Shown: positions 18,883-28,929 of the stretch, piece after piece
How the letters are laid out: every line of letters starts with the position of its first letter
How positions within the stretch are numbered: the stretch's first letter is position 1
Origin: Candidatus Poribacteria bacterium
Lineage (GTDB): Bacteria > Poribacteria > WGA-4E > GCA-2687025
Direction: 5' to 3'
Assembly (NCBI GenBank): GCA_963665845.2
Contig: OY762492.1
Span: forward strand, 2,752,001-2,816,000
DNA: 64,000 bases
Notes under the pieces: generated by a model
Seen by the model: the letters and a program-made list of their open reading frames with translations, nothing else
Databases searched by the model: none
What the model was told of the DNA's origin: nothing
Position numbers and translations under genes: made by a program

Positions 18883-19746
18883 CGCCTCCGCGCTCATCGA
18901 TAACCGTTCGGCGCGGTACTCTAGGTACCGTCGAATGCGCTCTTTCGTCTCCTCTTCCGCCTGCAAACCTTCGAGCAGCTGTTCAATCCAATCTAAAAGC
19001 CGCGCGCGCGCCGTTTCCAAACCCATCGCCTGAAGCTGCGCATGCGCTTCCTCTCCCGCCTCAAAATCGATGCCGGCGGCGGGATTCAGCGCGCCGTTCA
19101 TGAGCGCCTGATCAACCGCCTCATCCGCCTCCATGACGCGGCAAAGCGCCTCGCGCAGCCGACCCTGCGGAAACGCGCGGAATAGAAACGCCCGCGCCTC
19201 AAAGCAGAGCAGCGCCTCCAACGCAAAACGCGCGTCCGCCATCGAAGCGACAGGGCGCGGCGCGTCCAAAGGGCGCATATCGGGCGGAAGCGACCGATAC
19301 GCGATAAGCCCCTTCAGCAGCTGTCCCAACCGATGCTGTTCAACAGCGTTCAGATAGCTTCTGTCCTCGTTCGGCGGCGGCATTTGGAGCGACGTTTCCG
19401 TTTCTTCCGCCATCTGTTCGAGCCGCGTCAAAATTTCGGTTCCCGCGCGGGCAAGCTTCGCGGCTCCGATTTCAGCCGCCAGACGCGCCGCCCGCTCCAT
19501 CTCTCCTTCGGCGGCGCGTTCCAAGCCGAGGCTCGCCGCGCGCGCCGTATCGAACAGCGCTTGCGCCCGTCCGCTCGGCGAGGGGTCTTTCATGACGGTT
19601 CGGAAGAGGCGTTTGCTCGCCGCCTGCGTCAGTTGGCGCCAAAATGTTTCAGCCGCCGTCGGCTCCATTCGGCTGACCGCCTTAAACAGAAACAGCTCGG
19701 GTCCGCCGCGTTGGATCTGCGCGAGAGCGCCGCCGGTTTGCGTCAT
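18865..19746 (-). CDS. Helical hypothetical protein (possibly the C-terminal half of a DUF6178-like protein)
   Basis: 293-aa ORF coupled to the upstream gene by an ATGA overlap; the family resemblance is from memory only. Confidence 0.6.
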   Translation of the reverse strand: MTQTGGALAQIQRGGPELFLFKAVSRMEPTAAETFWRQLTQAASKRLFRTVMKDPSPSGRAQALFDTARAASLGLERAAEGEMERAARLAAEIGAAKLARAGTEILTRLEQMAEETETSLQMPPPNEDRSYLNAVEQHRLGQLLKGLIAYRSLPPDMRPLDAPRPVASMADARFALEALLCFEARAFLFRAFPQGRLREALCRVMEADEAVDQALMNGALNPAAGIDFEAGEEAHAQLQAMGLETARARLLDWIEQLLEGLQAEEETKERIRRYLEYRAERLSMSAEARPIPP

Positions 19747-20492
19747 TTCGATCTTTTCGGCGAATACAGCAGGTCGTTCAGCCGGTCCGCGTTTCGACGC
19801 GCTTTTTCGCGCCGCTGGGTTGCGTCCTCTTTTTCATATTCGTTCTCTTCGGCGTCCTCCTGCTCGTGGCTGAGAATGCGCATCACATCCAGAAAGATCT
19901 CCGGGTCGCTCATCCAGAGCATGTCGGCGATCATATACGCCTGCTCGTCGCCGCCGAAGTCGATATTTTCAAGGCTGATGAGGCCGACATCCAGCATGAG
20001 ACGCCCCCCGCCGCCGGGAAGCTCCACCCGCCCCCGCAGCAGCTCCGCCAGCAGGTCCGTGTCCAACCCGGACAGGATGCCGGACAGCTGATCCGGCTCC
20101 AGCTCTGTCAGCTCGGCGACCCACATTTCAGCCGTTTCGCGGTCGACCGCGCCGCCATGGACTGCCGTTCGCTCAAACATCTCCCCGAACTGTTCCGGGG
20201 TGACGGCGGAAAGGATGCCGCATGCCAGCCCTGTTCCGACGTACGGGCTGACGATTTCGACAAGGCTTTCGACGCGGCTGGAACGCACCAGGTCGGTTCC
20301 GTCCGGCACGAGATAGTACAGCTCCTCGCGGACGCGCGGATCGGAGGTCGATTCAATGACCGCGAGCTGTTCGGGCTGCGAGAGCTGTTGAAACGCCGCG
20401 GTCGCCTCGCCTGAATTGAGCGACAGAAGCTCCTGACCAGTAGGAAGCCGCTTGAGAGATTTGCTTCGGAAGAGATCTAGTCCGTCGCGCAC
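19743..20492 (-). CDS. Acidic helical hypothetical protein (possibly the N-terminal half of a DUF6178-like protein)
   Basis: GTG start after GGAGGG; 249 aa; upstream consensus-like promoter. Confidence 0.65.
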   Translation of the reverse strand: MRDGLDLFRSKSLKRLPTGQELLSLNSGEATAAFQQLSQPEQLAVIESTSDPRVREELYYLVPDGTDLVRSSRVESLVEIVSPYVGTGLACGILSAVTPEQFGEMFERTAVHGGAVDRETAEMWVAELTELEPDQLSGILSGLDTDLLAELLRGRVELPGGGGRLMLDVGLISLENIDFGGDEQAYMIADMLWMSDPEIFLDVMRILSHEQEDAEENEYEKEDATQRREKARRNADRLNDLLYSPKRSK

Positions 20493-20543
20493 CGCCCTCC
20501 CCTTTATCGAGTGATCAAAGGAATCTCGCTTCGTTTTTTAGAA

Positions 20544-20572
20544 AGGATACTCCGCGCGGCGCCGTATGTCAA
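20544..20572 (-). promoter_or_regulatory. Putative sigma70 promoter
   Basis: TTGACA-N17-TATCCT on the minus strand. Confidence 0.55.
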
Positions 20573-20654
20573 CGTTGGCTTCACCGAGGTAGTCTCTACA
20601 GGCGATGACGAAAATCCTGTTTGAGTTGTGCTCATCGCGATTCCGCGCACGGAA

Positions 20655-20885
20655 CTAAAACCCCCCCAACCCCCCTTTTCAAGGGGGAGTCCAGAAACCG
20701 CGCCCCAACCGCTGTTATTGGGCTATTCGTTCCCCGCTTCCGCGAGGACATGCATTCCCGCGTAAGCGGGAATCCAGAGTTTTCCAGACAGCCTCCGCAT
20801 TCCAGAAACGACTTTAAAATCAAGATCATCGCCTATAGAGACAGTATTCACCGACCTTACGCCTAAAGTTTGAACATCATGCCGT
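20655..20885. repeat. Composite intergenic repeat cluster
   Basis: CCCCCTTTTCAAGGGGG; ATTCCC-N8-GGGAAT at 20754-20773; degenerate MITE end CCGACCTTACGCCTAAAGTTTGAACA at 20851. Confidence 0.82.
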
Positions 20886-21027
20886 CTAAATTCCGTTGCC
20901 GCGCGATGCCGTCGTCTTCAGCCGCCGTTTGCCAAAATTTTCCATTGTAAAAACGCGGCGGACATGGAATAATATCTGTGTCGGCAACAGCGCGCTCACA
21001 GACTGGCGACGAATGAAAGGATCAAGC

Positions 21028-22185
21028 ATGGCGAACGTTATCTCGGGGCTGCAAGACGTCGCGCTCACCGAATCGAAAATATGCAGAATCGATGGCTCCG
21101 CCGGCCATCTTATCTACCGCGGATACGACATACGGGACCTGGCTCAAAACGCAACTTTTGAAGAGACGGCATATCTGCTCTGGTCGGGCGACCTGCCGAC
21201 GCGCCCGCAGCTGGACGCGCTGAACGCGCAGCTTGCCGCCGAGCGCGGCATTGACGAGAACACTTATCGGCTCATCGCCTCTTATCCCAAAACAGCCCCG
21301 CCGATGGACGCGCTGCGCACATGCGTCTCCCTGCTCGCCAGCGCCGATCCGGAGATGGAGGACAACTCCAACGAAGCGAACCTGCGCAAAGCGGTTCGGC
21401 TCACCGCCAAGTTTCCGACCATTCTCGCCGCTGTCTACCGCCGTTCAAACGACCAGGAGCCGGTTCCGCCGCTCAAAGACGGCAGCTCCGCCGCCAATTT
21501 CCTTTATATGCTCAGCGGCGAGGAGCCGGATCCGTTCGTCGCGCGAACGCTGGACGCCGCGCTGACGCTCCACGCCGAGCATGGAATGAACGCTTCCACC
21601 TTCTCGGCGCGGGTCACCTGCGCGACCCTGTCCGATATGTACGCCGCGGTCACATCGGCGCTTGGAACGCTCAAGGGACCGCTTCACGGCGGCGCGAACG
21701 CGATTGTGCGCGCGATGCTTGAGGAGATAGGGGCGCCTGAAAACGCCGGGCAGTATGTGAAGGAGACGCTTGCGGGCGACCGCGTCGTCCCAGGTCTCGC
21801 GCCGAAACGCATACCGGGCTTCGGCCACCGCGTCTATACATCGTATGATCCGCGCGCGGCGGTCTTGCATGGGATGTCGGAGACGCTCGGAAAACGCGCG
21901 GGCGAAACGGTCTGGGTGGACATCTCCGAGGCGGTTGTGGCGGCGTGCGAAAAGGCGGGTCTTTATGAAAAAGGCGTCTATCCGAACGTCGATTTCTTCT
22001 CGGCGTCCGCCTATACGACGATGGGCATCGATGTTCCGCTCTTCACGCCGGTGTTTGCGCTGGCGCGCATCACGGGCTGGACGGCGCACATCATTGAACA
22101 GCACAACGACAACCGACTCATACGCCCGAAAGCGGTCTATGTCGGCGAAGAAGGGCGGGTCGTTCAGCCGATTGAAAAGCGGTAA
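21028..22185 (+). CDS. Citrate synthase / 2-methylcitrate synthase family
   Basis: Motifs LIYRGY, HAEHGMNASTF, GPLHGGAN, PGFGHRVY, YPNVDF and LIRP. Confidence 0.95.
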   Translation: MANVISGLQDVALTESKICRIDGSAGHLIYRGYDIRDLAQNATFEETAYLLWSGDLPTRPQLDALNAQLAAERGIDENTYRLIASYPKTAPPMDALRTCVSLLASADPEMEDNSNEANLRKAVRLTAKFPTILAAVYRRSNDQEPVPPLKDGSSAANFLYMLSGEEPDPFVARTLDAALTLHAEHGMNASTFSARVTCATLSDMYAAVTSALGTLKGPLHGGANAIVRAMLEEIGAPENAGQYVKETLAGDRVVPGLAPKRIPGFGHRVYTSYDPRAAVLHGMSETLGKRAGETVWVDISEAVVAACEKAGLYEKGVYPNVDFFSASAYTTMGIDVPLFTPVFALARITGWTAHIIEQHNDNRLIRPKAVYVGEEGRVVQPIEKR

Positions 22186-22234
22186 AGCCGACAGAAGACG
22201 CGGGGGATGACATGAGCAAATCGGGGAGGAAACG

Positions 22235-23044
22235 ATGCCGCATTTAACGGAACTGGGAGCCGGTTTGTTTTCATCGAATCTGGTTGAACAGGCGCCGATT
22301 GCATTGCTCAAGCCGCTCAACGCCTTGACGCCAAAGAGATATTCCTCGGAAGACGGCGCCGACCTATCAGAATTCGACTCCGAATTGAAAAGCGCGGCGG
22401 CGGCGCTTTGTCAGGCGGCGGCGGATATTTTGAGGGGAAAAGAAGCCGACGCCGTACCCGAATACAAAGCGGCGATTCAACATTCTAACGCGGCAATTCG
22501 GCTGGCGGAGCGGATCGATTTTGTAGAAAAGGCGGAGGCAGCGTCAGCAAGCCTTTACTATTTACGCGGGCTTGCTGCGTTGACGATGATCGCGATAGAG
22601 AACGGCTCCGCCGATCTGAATGCGGCGGTTGCAGACCTTGCCAAGTCGGCGGAGCTGAATCCCATTGCGGAAACCTATCTGCGCTTGGGCGAAGCGCATG
22701 CCTATGCGGGCAATCTGGACGCCGCGGTTGAATGCCTTGAAAAAGCGACCGATTTGGACATCTATTGCGCCGAAGCGTTTCTCCTAAAAGGACTTGTCCA
22801 CGAAGCGAGAGGCGACGAGGACGACTATCATGACGAAATCTACACGGCTCTTTGTCTAGACCCTGGTCTTTACAGGGAAGAGTTTGAGCCGGTCATGAAA
22901 GAAGCGCGGGAATGGGAAGAGAAATGGGACAAGACGCTGCAAAGCCCTGAATCGATTGCAATGCTGCAGGCATGGGCAGAAAAATCGAAGAGGAACGAGA
23001 GCAGATATGAAGAAACAGAGCCGTCCATTTCCAAGGACGGTTGA
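22235..23044 (+). CDS. TPR protein with C-terminal antitoxin-like tail
   Basis: TPR motifs (AETYLRLGEAHAYAGNLDAAVECLEKA); tail EEKWDKTLQSPESIAMLQAWAE; TGATG overlap with a toxin gene. Confidence 0.8.
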   Translation: MPHLTELGAGLFSSNLVEQAPIALLKPLNALTPKRYSSEDGADLSEFDSELKSAAAALCQAAADILRGKEADAVPEYKAAIQHSNAAIRLAERIDFVEKAEAASASLYYLRGLAALTMIAIENGSADLNAAVADLAKSAELNPIAETYLRLGEAHAYAGNLDAAVECLEKATDLDIYCAEAFLLKGLVHEARGDEDDYHDEIYTALCLDPGLYREEFEPVMKEAREWEEKWDKTLQSPESIAMLQAWAEKSKRNESRYEETEPSISKDG

Positions 23045-23331
23045 TGCGATCTAGACAGAACTCGGATTACTGGAACGAATACAACCGCCTACCGAAGACG
23101 ATACAAAAGCGGGCTGAAAAAGTCCTACGCTTATTTGACGACAACCCGCAGTATTCCAGCCTTCATTTTAAGCAAGTCGCCCCCTACCTGTATTCTATAT
23201 GGATCAACCGAAAATACAGAATTCTCGGACATTTGGAAGAAACCGCCGATGGCGAAGGCATCGTGTGGTACTGGACAGGGCCGCATGATCCGTACGAAAA
23301 AGAAATACGGAAATGGAATCGATCGCTCTGA
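23044..23331 (+). CDS. RelE/ParE-superfamily toxin
   Basis: About 95 aa: YWNEYNRLPKTIQKRA...NPQYSSLHFKQV...SIWINRKYRILG...VWYWTGPHDPY, matching the usual FxxxPxHPSLxFK...YRALG...WxWIGxHxxY pattern. Confidence 0.85.
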   Translation: MRSRQNSDYWNEYNRLPKTIQKRAEKVLRLFDDNPQYSSLHFKQVAPYLYSIWINRKYRILGHLEETADGEGIVWYWTGPHDPYEKEIRKWNRSL

Positions 23332-23354
23332 ATCCTTTTGAGGAGCGGCTCGTT

Positions 23355-23520
23355 CCTCCTGAAAAGGGGCTAGGGAGGTTTAACAGACCTTATGTCTTTA
23401 GTTGGCACATTCCGTCTGGTGAACGCGGACGGTTTCAGCGGCGCCTCTGGATTCCCGCTTGCGCGGGAATGACGAGATGGGGCGCGCGGGAATGACGAGA
23501 TGGGGCGCGCGGGAATGGCG
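23355..23520. repeat. Composite repeat cluster with short tandem GCGCGGGAATGACGAGATGGGGC units
   Basis: MITE-like end at 23384; ATTCCC-N8-GGGAAT at 23451-23470. Confidence 0.82.
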
Positions 23521-23557
23521 GGCGCGCCGCTTGATCGCCGGCGCGCCCCCCCAGCCT

Positions 23558-24451
23558 CTATGAATTCGCCTGACACCGCCGAAGATGCACATTCTTGGGC
23601 GTCTCCTCAACGCCTTTCCACGCATACGGATCGATGCCCGCGACGGGGACGATGCATCGATGGTCGGCGGTGGCGGGGCGCTCTCCTTGACGAATGCTCC
23701 ACGGCAGCAGCGACCAGGCGTTGCAGTAATGGTTCACCAGGACGCGCCGATAGGTATCCCCGCGGTTCTTGCGCGAGCGATGCAGCAGATACCCGTTGAA
23801 AAAGACAAGCGTCCCTGCAGTCGCCTCCACCGGAACCTCCTGCGTCTCGTCAAACCCGTAGCTCTCCGGGGTGAAATCGAACTCGTCAGGGTTCTCATGC
23901 GCGCGCTGCGGATATAGATACCCTTGCCGATGCGATCCTGGGACGACCCACAGGCAGCCGTTTTGGATCGTCGCGTCGTCCAGCGCGATCCAGGCGCCGA
24001 TGAGCGAGCGGTCGCGCGTCGGGATGTAGATCTCGTCCTGATGCCACGCCTGACCCTGAAAGCCCGGCGGCTTCACAAACAGCATCGACTGCATGCATTT
24101 GACGCTGCCGTCCCAATACGGCACATGCGCCGCCGTCAGCTGGCTCAACGCGCCGCATATCTTTGGATGCTTCACATACTCCAGCATGACGGGGCTGACA
24201 AAATGCGGCTGATGGATGCATAAGATGTCCGCCAGCGCCTCCTCGTCGGTCGTTTCGTCGGGGAGCGGCGGCATGGCGTCGCATGGATAGCCGCCGCGCG
24301 CCAGGTATGCCGTGTCCGCGCGCAGCTCCTCCACCTCCGCCGCCGTCATGAGATTCGGCGCCGCATAATATCCGTTCTCAACAAAAAACTGCACATCCGC
24401 CTCTGACAGCGGCTTCGGCGTCTCGATCAAGGGGGTTTCCGCGATGGCCAT
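23558..24451 (-). CDS. Phytanoyl-CoA dioxygenase (PhyH) family Fe(II)/2OG oxygenase
   Basis: Motifs QAWHQD, WIALDDATIQNGCLWVVPGSH and LLHRS. Confidence 0.92.
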   Translation of the reverse strand: MAIAETPLIETPKPLSEADVQFFVENGYYAAPNLMTAAEVEELRADTAYLARGGYPCDAMPPLPDETTDEEALADILCIHQPHFVSPVMLEYVKHPKICGALSQLTAAHVPYWDGSVKCMQSMLFVKPPGFQGQAWHQDEIYIPTRDRSLIGAWIALDDATIQNGCLWVVPGSHRQGYLYPQRAHENPDEFDFTPESYGFDETQEVPVEATAGTLVFFNGYLLHRSRKNRGDTYRRVLVNHYCNAWSLLPWSIRQGERPATADHRCIVPVAGIDPYAWKGVEETPKNVHLRRCQANS

Positions 24452-24532
24452 CCGTCTCTCCTTAATATAAAACAACAGCGCGGGCGCGGAGAGGCTGCCG
24501 ATACAGCCCCTCCCGCGCCGAATGAAACGCGC

Positions 24533-24862
24533 CTAGCCTTCCAGCGCCGCGTCAATCTTTTCGGTCAAAACCTCCTTCGGAACGGCGCCGACCACCTGCT
24601 GCGCCACCTCGCCGTCTTTGAAAAGAAGCAAGGTTGGAATGCCGCGCACCTGATAACGCATGGCGACGCTCTGGTTGTCGTCGACGTTCACCTTCGCCAC
24701 CTTCAGCCGCCCGTCGTATTCCTCCGCCAAAGCGGACACGATCGGCGCGATCGCCTTGCAGGGTCCGCACCACGGCGCCCAGAAATCGACCAGCGCCGGG
24801 ATGTCGCTGTTCAGAACCTCCTCCTCAAACGCTTCGTCGGTCAGCTCAAGAACTTCCGCCAT
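24533..24862 (-). CDS. trxA: Thioredoxin
   Basis: VDFWAPWCGPCK; 109 aa. Confidence 0.96.
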   Translation of the reverse strand: MAEVLELTDEAFEEEVLNSDIPALVDFWAPWCGPCKAIAPIVSALAEEYDGRLKVAKVNVDDNQSVAMRYQVRGIPTLLLFKDGEVAQQVVGAVPKEVLTEKIDAALEG

Positions 24863-24888
24863 CTGTTTTTCCTTTCAAAAAATCGGCG

Positions 24889-25884
24889 TCAAGCCGACAC
24901 AAACTGATCGTTCTGAATGAACACCGCCTTGCCGCTCTCCATCGACCGCGTCGCGGCGACCATCAACTTCTGCGTCTTGACCGCGTCGGCGTACGGCGCG
25001 AGTATCTTGGAGTCGTCGCCGCTTTTGACCGCGTCGATGAAGATGCGGTCTTCTTGCTGGTACGGGTTCACCGTGCTTTTGATCTCCTCGCGGTTGCCGC
25101 CGCTGATGAGCGTCGCCTGCCCCTGCGTGATGTCCGCCGCCAGATTCTTGCCGAACACCTCAATCTTGACGCGCCCCCAGCCGGACAGACAGCAGGCGGA
25201 CTGAATGTTCGCAATCGTGCCGTTGTCGAAGGCGATGTTGACGAAGCTGATGTCTTCGACGTCGTAGTTGGGAACCTCGGTCATGCCGCCTCTTGCCGCG
25301 ACCGCATGAACGCTCACCGCTTCGCCGCGCAGCAGGAATCGGCATACGTCGAACACATGCGTTGTCTGCTCAACGTGCTGTCCGCCGGAGAGTTCCTTGA
25401 CGCGCCACCAGGGCGTCCCTGGCATGCCGCCCATCCATGCGCCGAGGGCGCCGAGGACTTTGAAGTCGGTCAAGCGTTCGCGCGCTTTTTGGATCGCGTC
25501 GCTGTACCGCCAGTTGTAGCCGACGCTGGTGAGAACGCCTGTTTCGGCGACCTTGTCGCGGACGGCGAGCGCGGAGGCGATGTCCGCGTCGATCGGTTTT
25601 TCGATGAAAAGCGGGATGCCGCGCTCAAGGGCTGCCAGTTCAGGCTCTCCATGCGCGAAGGGCGGGAGGCAGACATAGACCGCGTCCAGCTCCTCTTTTT
25701 CGAGCATTTCCTGAAAATCGGTGTACGGGTTTCCGCCGAAGTCGTTGGCGCGTCCTTCGGCGCGTTCCTTTGCCACGTCGCACATGGCGGCGAACTCAAC
25801 GTCGTCAAAATTGCGCAGGTTTCCGAGGTGGTTCCCGGCGATCCCGCCGGCGCCGATAAACCCAACGCGCACTTTGTCTGCCAT
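24889..25884 (-). CDS. Gfo/Idh/MocA family oxidoreductase
   Basis: Motifs VGFIGAGGIA, EKP and VGYNWRY. Confidence 0.92.
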   Translation of the reverse strand: MADKVRVGFIGAGGIAGNHLGNLRNFDDVEFAAMCDVAKERAEGRANDFGGNPYTDFQEMLEKEELDAVYVCLPPFAHGEPELAALERGIPLFIEKPIDADIASALAVRDKVAETGVLTSVGYNWRYSDAIQKARERLTDFKVLGALGAWMGGMPGTPWWRVKELSGGQHVEQTTHVFDVCRFLLRGEAVSVHAVAARGGMTEVPNYDVEDISFVNIAFDNGTIANIQSACCLSGWGRVKIEVFGKNLAADITQGQATLISGGNREEIKSTVNPYQQEDRIFIDAVKSGDDSKILAPYADAVKTQKLMVAATRSMESGKAVFIQNDQFVSA

Positions 25885-26049
25885 CGAACATCTCCTCAAG
25901 GGAAAGGTTGCATTTTCATATGTAAGCGTATCGTATCAGGTTTTTGGGTTGAGGTCAAGCGGCATCGCCTGAAGGCAGTACGCTCATACGGGATATTCGC
26001 GGCGGCGCGTCCGATTTCCCCTTGAAAAGCGCCAGGGGGTCGCCTGCCG

Positions 26050-27471
26050 CTAAAACAGACCCTGCTGCATCCGCTTGCCCGTATAGGGGTTCGTCATGGG
26101 CGGGAGGGGGCAGGGGCGGTTGTTGAAATAGTCGTCCATCGACCAGAGAAGCAGCCGCTGATACGATTGACCGCGGACGACGATCGTACCCTGCTCCACA
26201 GCGCGCGACTTGGCGTCCGGCGACGCGACAGGATCCAATGTGATGAAACGTCCAATTGCCGCCTCATCGCTGTTGATGACGCCGATAAAGTCGCGCAGCG
26301 CGCCGGCGGTGAACTTTCCGCCCTTCACCTGCGCCAGCGCGAGACGCGAGTCCCAGTCGTCCGGCTCGTCATACAGCATGCCGCGACCGTCCACGCCGCC
26401 GTCCGCCACCTGCTTCGTGTTCGGCGCGAAGCCTGGGAGGCGCGTCACCGCCCATGACTCAAACTCAAACGGCTTCTCGCGCGCCAACTTGCGCGCCGAC
26501 TCCAGATCAGCGGGAATCCCCTTGACAGGAATCGACTCGTCCTGCAGCCGCTGCCGGACGAGATCGATGGCGAAGGAGCTGATGTCGACGCCAGCCCAGC
26601 GGCGGTTGAGACGGCGCGCCGCTTCCACCGCTGTGCCGCAGCCGCAAAACGGGTCCAGGACAATGCCGCCTTCGTTGGACGACGCCTCAATAATGCGGTT
26701 TAACAGCGCCAGCGGTTTCTGCGTCGGGTAGCCTAAACGCTCTTTGGACGCCGGCTGAAGACACGGCAGGCTCCAAACAGCGTCTATCTTTTTGTCAGTG
26801 GAGATTCTATACATCAGGTTGCCGTCGGCATCCCGTTTATTTTTCAATACCCCGTCCACATTGACCCGTTGAAGTTGCTTTACCGGCTTATCGCGCAATT
26901 CGCGCAGGGGCTGAAACGAATAATCGGCGCCCTTGGAATAGAACAGAATCTGATCGTAATTTCTGCCAAATATCCGTTTGCCCGCTGAATATTTGTTGTA
27001 GTAGTGCCAGACGATCTCGTTTCTGAAATTCTCCTTGCCGAAAATGGCGTCCATAAAGATTTTAAGATAGTGGCTGGCGGTCGGGTCGCAATGGAGGTAG
27101 ATGGAGCCTGTCGATTTCAGGATACGGCGCATTTCCTCTAGACGCTCCGCCATGTAGGTCAGGTACGCCAGCATTCCGCAGCGGCCGAGTATGCGGCGCA
27201 ACCCGAGAATCGCGTCATGCGCGAGGCGTCCGGGCGCGTTTTCAAACTCCGCATACCGCTTCGCTGCGGCGGCGTCCCAGCTCCATGTGTCGTTGAAGGC
27301 GCGGTATTGCGCTTTTCCGTCGCCTTTATCGCTGAAGAGGACGTTGTAATTCGCGTTGGAATTGAACGGCGGGTCGAGATAAATCAGGTTGACGCAGTCC
27401 GATTCCCACTCGCGCATCCAGTCTAGGCAGTCGCCGTAGTAGAGGGTGTCGGGGTTGAACTCTTGCGCCAT
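26050..27471 (-). CDS. N6-adenine/N4-cytosine DNA methyltransferase (beta class) fused to a C-terminal Mrr-like PD-(D/E)XK domain
   Basis: LIYLDPPF precedes YPTQKP and VLDPFCGCGT; the C-terminus has FEFESW...DGGVDG...AQVKGG. Confidence 0.88.
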   Translation of the reverse strand: MAQEFNPDTLYYGDCLDWMREWESDCVNLIYLDPPFNSNANYNVLFSDKGDGKAQYRAFNDTWSWDAAAAKRYAEFENAPGRLAHDAILGLRRILGRCGMLAYLTYMAERLEEMRRILKSTGSIYLHCDPTASHYLKIFMDAIFGKENFRNEIVWHYYNKYSAGKRIFGRNYDQILFYSKGADYSFQPLRELRDKPVKQLQRVNVDGVLKNKRDADGNLMYRISTDKKIDAVWSLPCLQPASKERLGYPTQKPLALLNRIIEASSNEGGIVLDPFCGCGTAVEAARRLNRRWAGVDISSFAIDLVRQRLQDESIPVKGIPADLESARKLAREKPFEFESWAVTRLPGFAPNTKQVADGGVDGRGMLYDEPDDWDSRLALAQVKGGKFTAGALRDFIGVINSDEAAIGRFITLDPVASPDAKSRAVEQGTIVVRGQSYQRLLLWSMDDYFNNRPCPLPPMTNPYTGKRMQQGLF

Positions 27472-27579
27472 GGTCCGCCTTTCGCGCGATTCCTGTTTGC
27501 CGTTTTGAGCAGTATGGCAAAGGCGGGCTGTTTGCGCAACTGCTTGCCTTCCGGACGCCGGACGGACGCTTCGGGGTTT

Positions 27580-28887
27580 CTAAGATTCCCCTCTGCTAGC
27601 CCGCTCAAGTTCTTCCGCTTTTTCGCGGTCTTGTCTGGCTTTTTCATGCTCGCCTATTCTGCCGTAAGCTAAGCTGCGATTTTTATAGGCGTCAGTATAG
27701 TTTGGGAAGATTTCTATGGCTTTGCTCAAGTTCACTATCGCCGCATCAAAGATGTTCAGGGCGATAAAAACGCGGCCACGGTAGTAATAGGCTAGTGCGT
27801 TAACGGGTTGGAGCTCTATCGATTTTGTCAAATCCTCCAATGATTTGCTATATTCTTCTTTATTAAAGTGGGCGATTCCGCGATTGGTGTAAGTATTGGC
27901 ATTATTCGGATCAATTCCGATCGCTATATTTAGGTCAATGATTGCCTTGTCATATTCCTTTTGATTGGTGTAGGCAAGACCGCGATTGGTGTAAGTATTG
28001 GCATTATTCGGATCGATTTCGATCGATATGTTTAGATCAATGATTGCCTTATCATATTCACCTTTATAGTTGTAAGCGAGACCGCGATTGTTATAGGCTG
28101 CGGCGTCGCGCGGACTTAGTTTAATCGCACCATTATAGTATTCAATCGCCCCATCATAATTTCCTCGAGCGTAGCAAGCAAAACCTCTATAGAACTTTGT
28201 ATAGTAGTCTCCATGATGATCTTGATAGTAAATAAAGCCATGAAGATCATTATACATTGTTTCTTTAGTGATCCCATGATATTTTTCCAAGTATGTCAGT
28301 ATCGGCACTTTAAGGACAGCTGGGATAGTGACAATATCCTCAACCTTTGGCTCAATATAGCCTTTAGGCGGTCTCACGAATACGCTTTTCTGCGCAATGA
28401 CGCGACGCTGTGGATTCTGAGGGGTTGCGATCATGTTGATTATCGCGTCCCTTTTCTGCAGGATAATTCGACCTTCTTCGCTATAATCTCGATCGCATGC
28501 GAAGAAAAGCGCACTGCGGTAATCGGTCGTGAAGTCGATCAGATTCGTCTTGCCGCCGTAATGTTGGATCTGCGTCAGAATTTCAAAATCGTCCGGGTTT
28601 TCCATACCGTACATGCCAAATCTTCGTTGCGGACGCCCTATATGCCTTTTGGCTCCATCTAACATCTCTTTTTGGACTTGTTCTATATCAAAACCAGGGC
28701 CCTCCTCCTCCCTAAATTCGTAGTCGCGCCAAAGCCTCGACGAAACCTCTGTACGGTACTTACCTTTATGGTCTTTATATCTGGATTTCGTTTCGCCGCG
28801 GAAGATGTAGCCGCCGCCCGACGACCTGATCTCAATATCGGCGATGATGTCCTCAATGGTTTTCGGTTCAGTTTTCTGATCGCTCAT
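27580..28887 (-). CDS. FRG-domain protein with C-terminal TPR array
   Basis: YIFRGE, QHYGGKTNLIDFTTD, ALFFAC, QKSVF; about six TPRs (YNNRGLAYNYKGEYDKAI); visibly AT-rich. Confidence 0.88.
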   Translation of the reverse strand: MSDQKTEPKTIEDIIADIEIRSSGGGYIFRGETKSRYKDHKGKYRTEVSSRLWRDYEFREEEGPGFDIEQVQKEMLDGAKRHIGRPQRRFGMYGMENPDDFEILTQIQHYGGKTNLIDFTTDYRSALFFACDRDYSEEGRIILQKRDAIINMIATPQNPQRRVIAQKSVFVRPPKGYIEPKVEDIVTIPAVLKVPILTYLEKYHGITKETMYNDLHGFIYYQDHHGDYYTKFYRGFACYARGNYDGAIEYYNGAIKLSPRDAAAYNNRGLAYNYKGEYDKAIIDLNISIEIDPNNANTYTNRGLAYTNQKEYDKAIIDLNIAIGIDPNNANTYTNRGIAHFNKEEYSKSLEDLTKSIELQPVNALAYYYRGRVFIALNIFDAAIVNLSKAIEIFPNYTDAYKNRSLAYGRIGEHEKARQDREKAEELERASRGES

Positions 28888-28929
28888 GTTCGTTCGCTCC
28901 CTGTTGGTTGAGTTTCTGCCACGCTGAAT

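Noticed and set aside
26050-28887. Prophage or integrative element around the AT-rich genes
   Set aside because: No integrase, structural or replication genes and no att-like direct repeats were seen.
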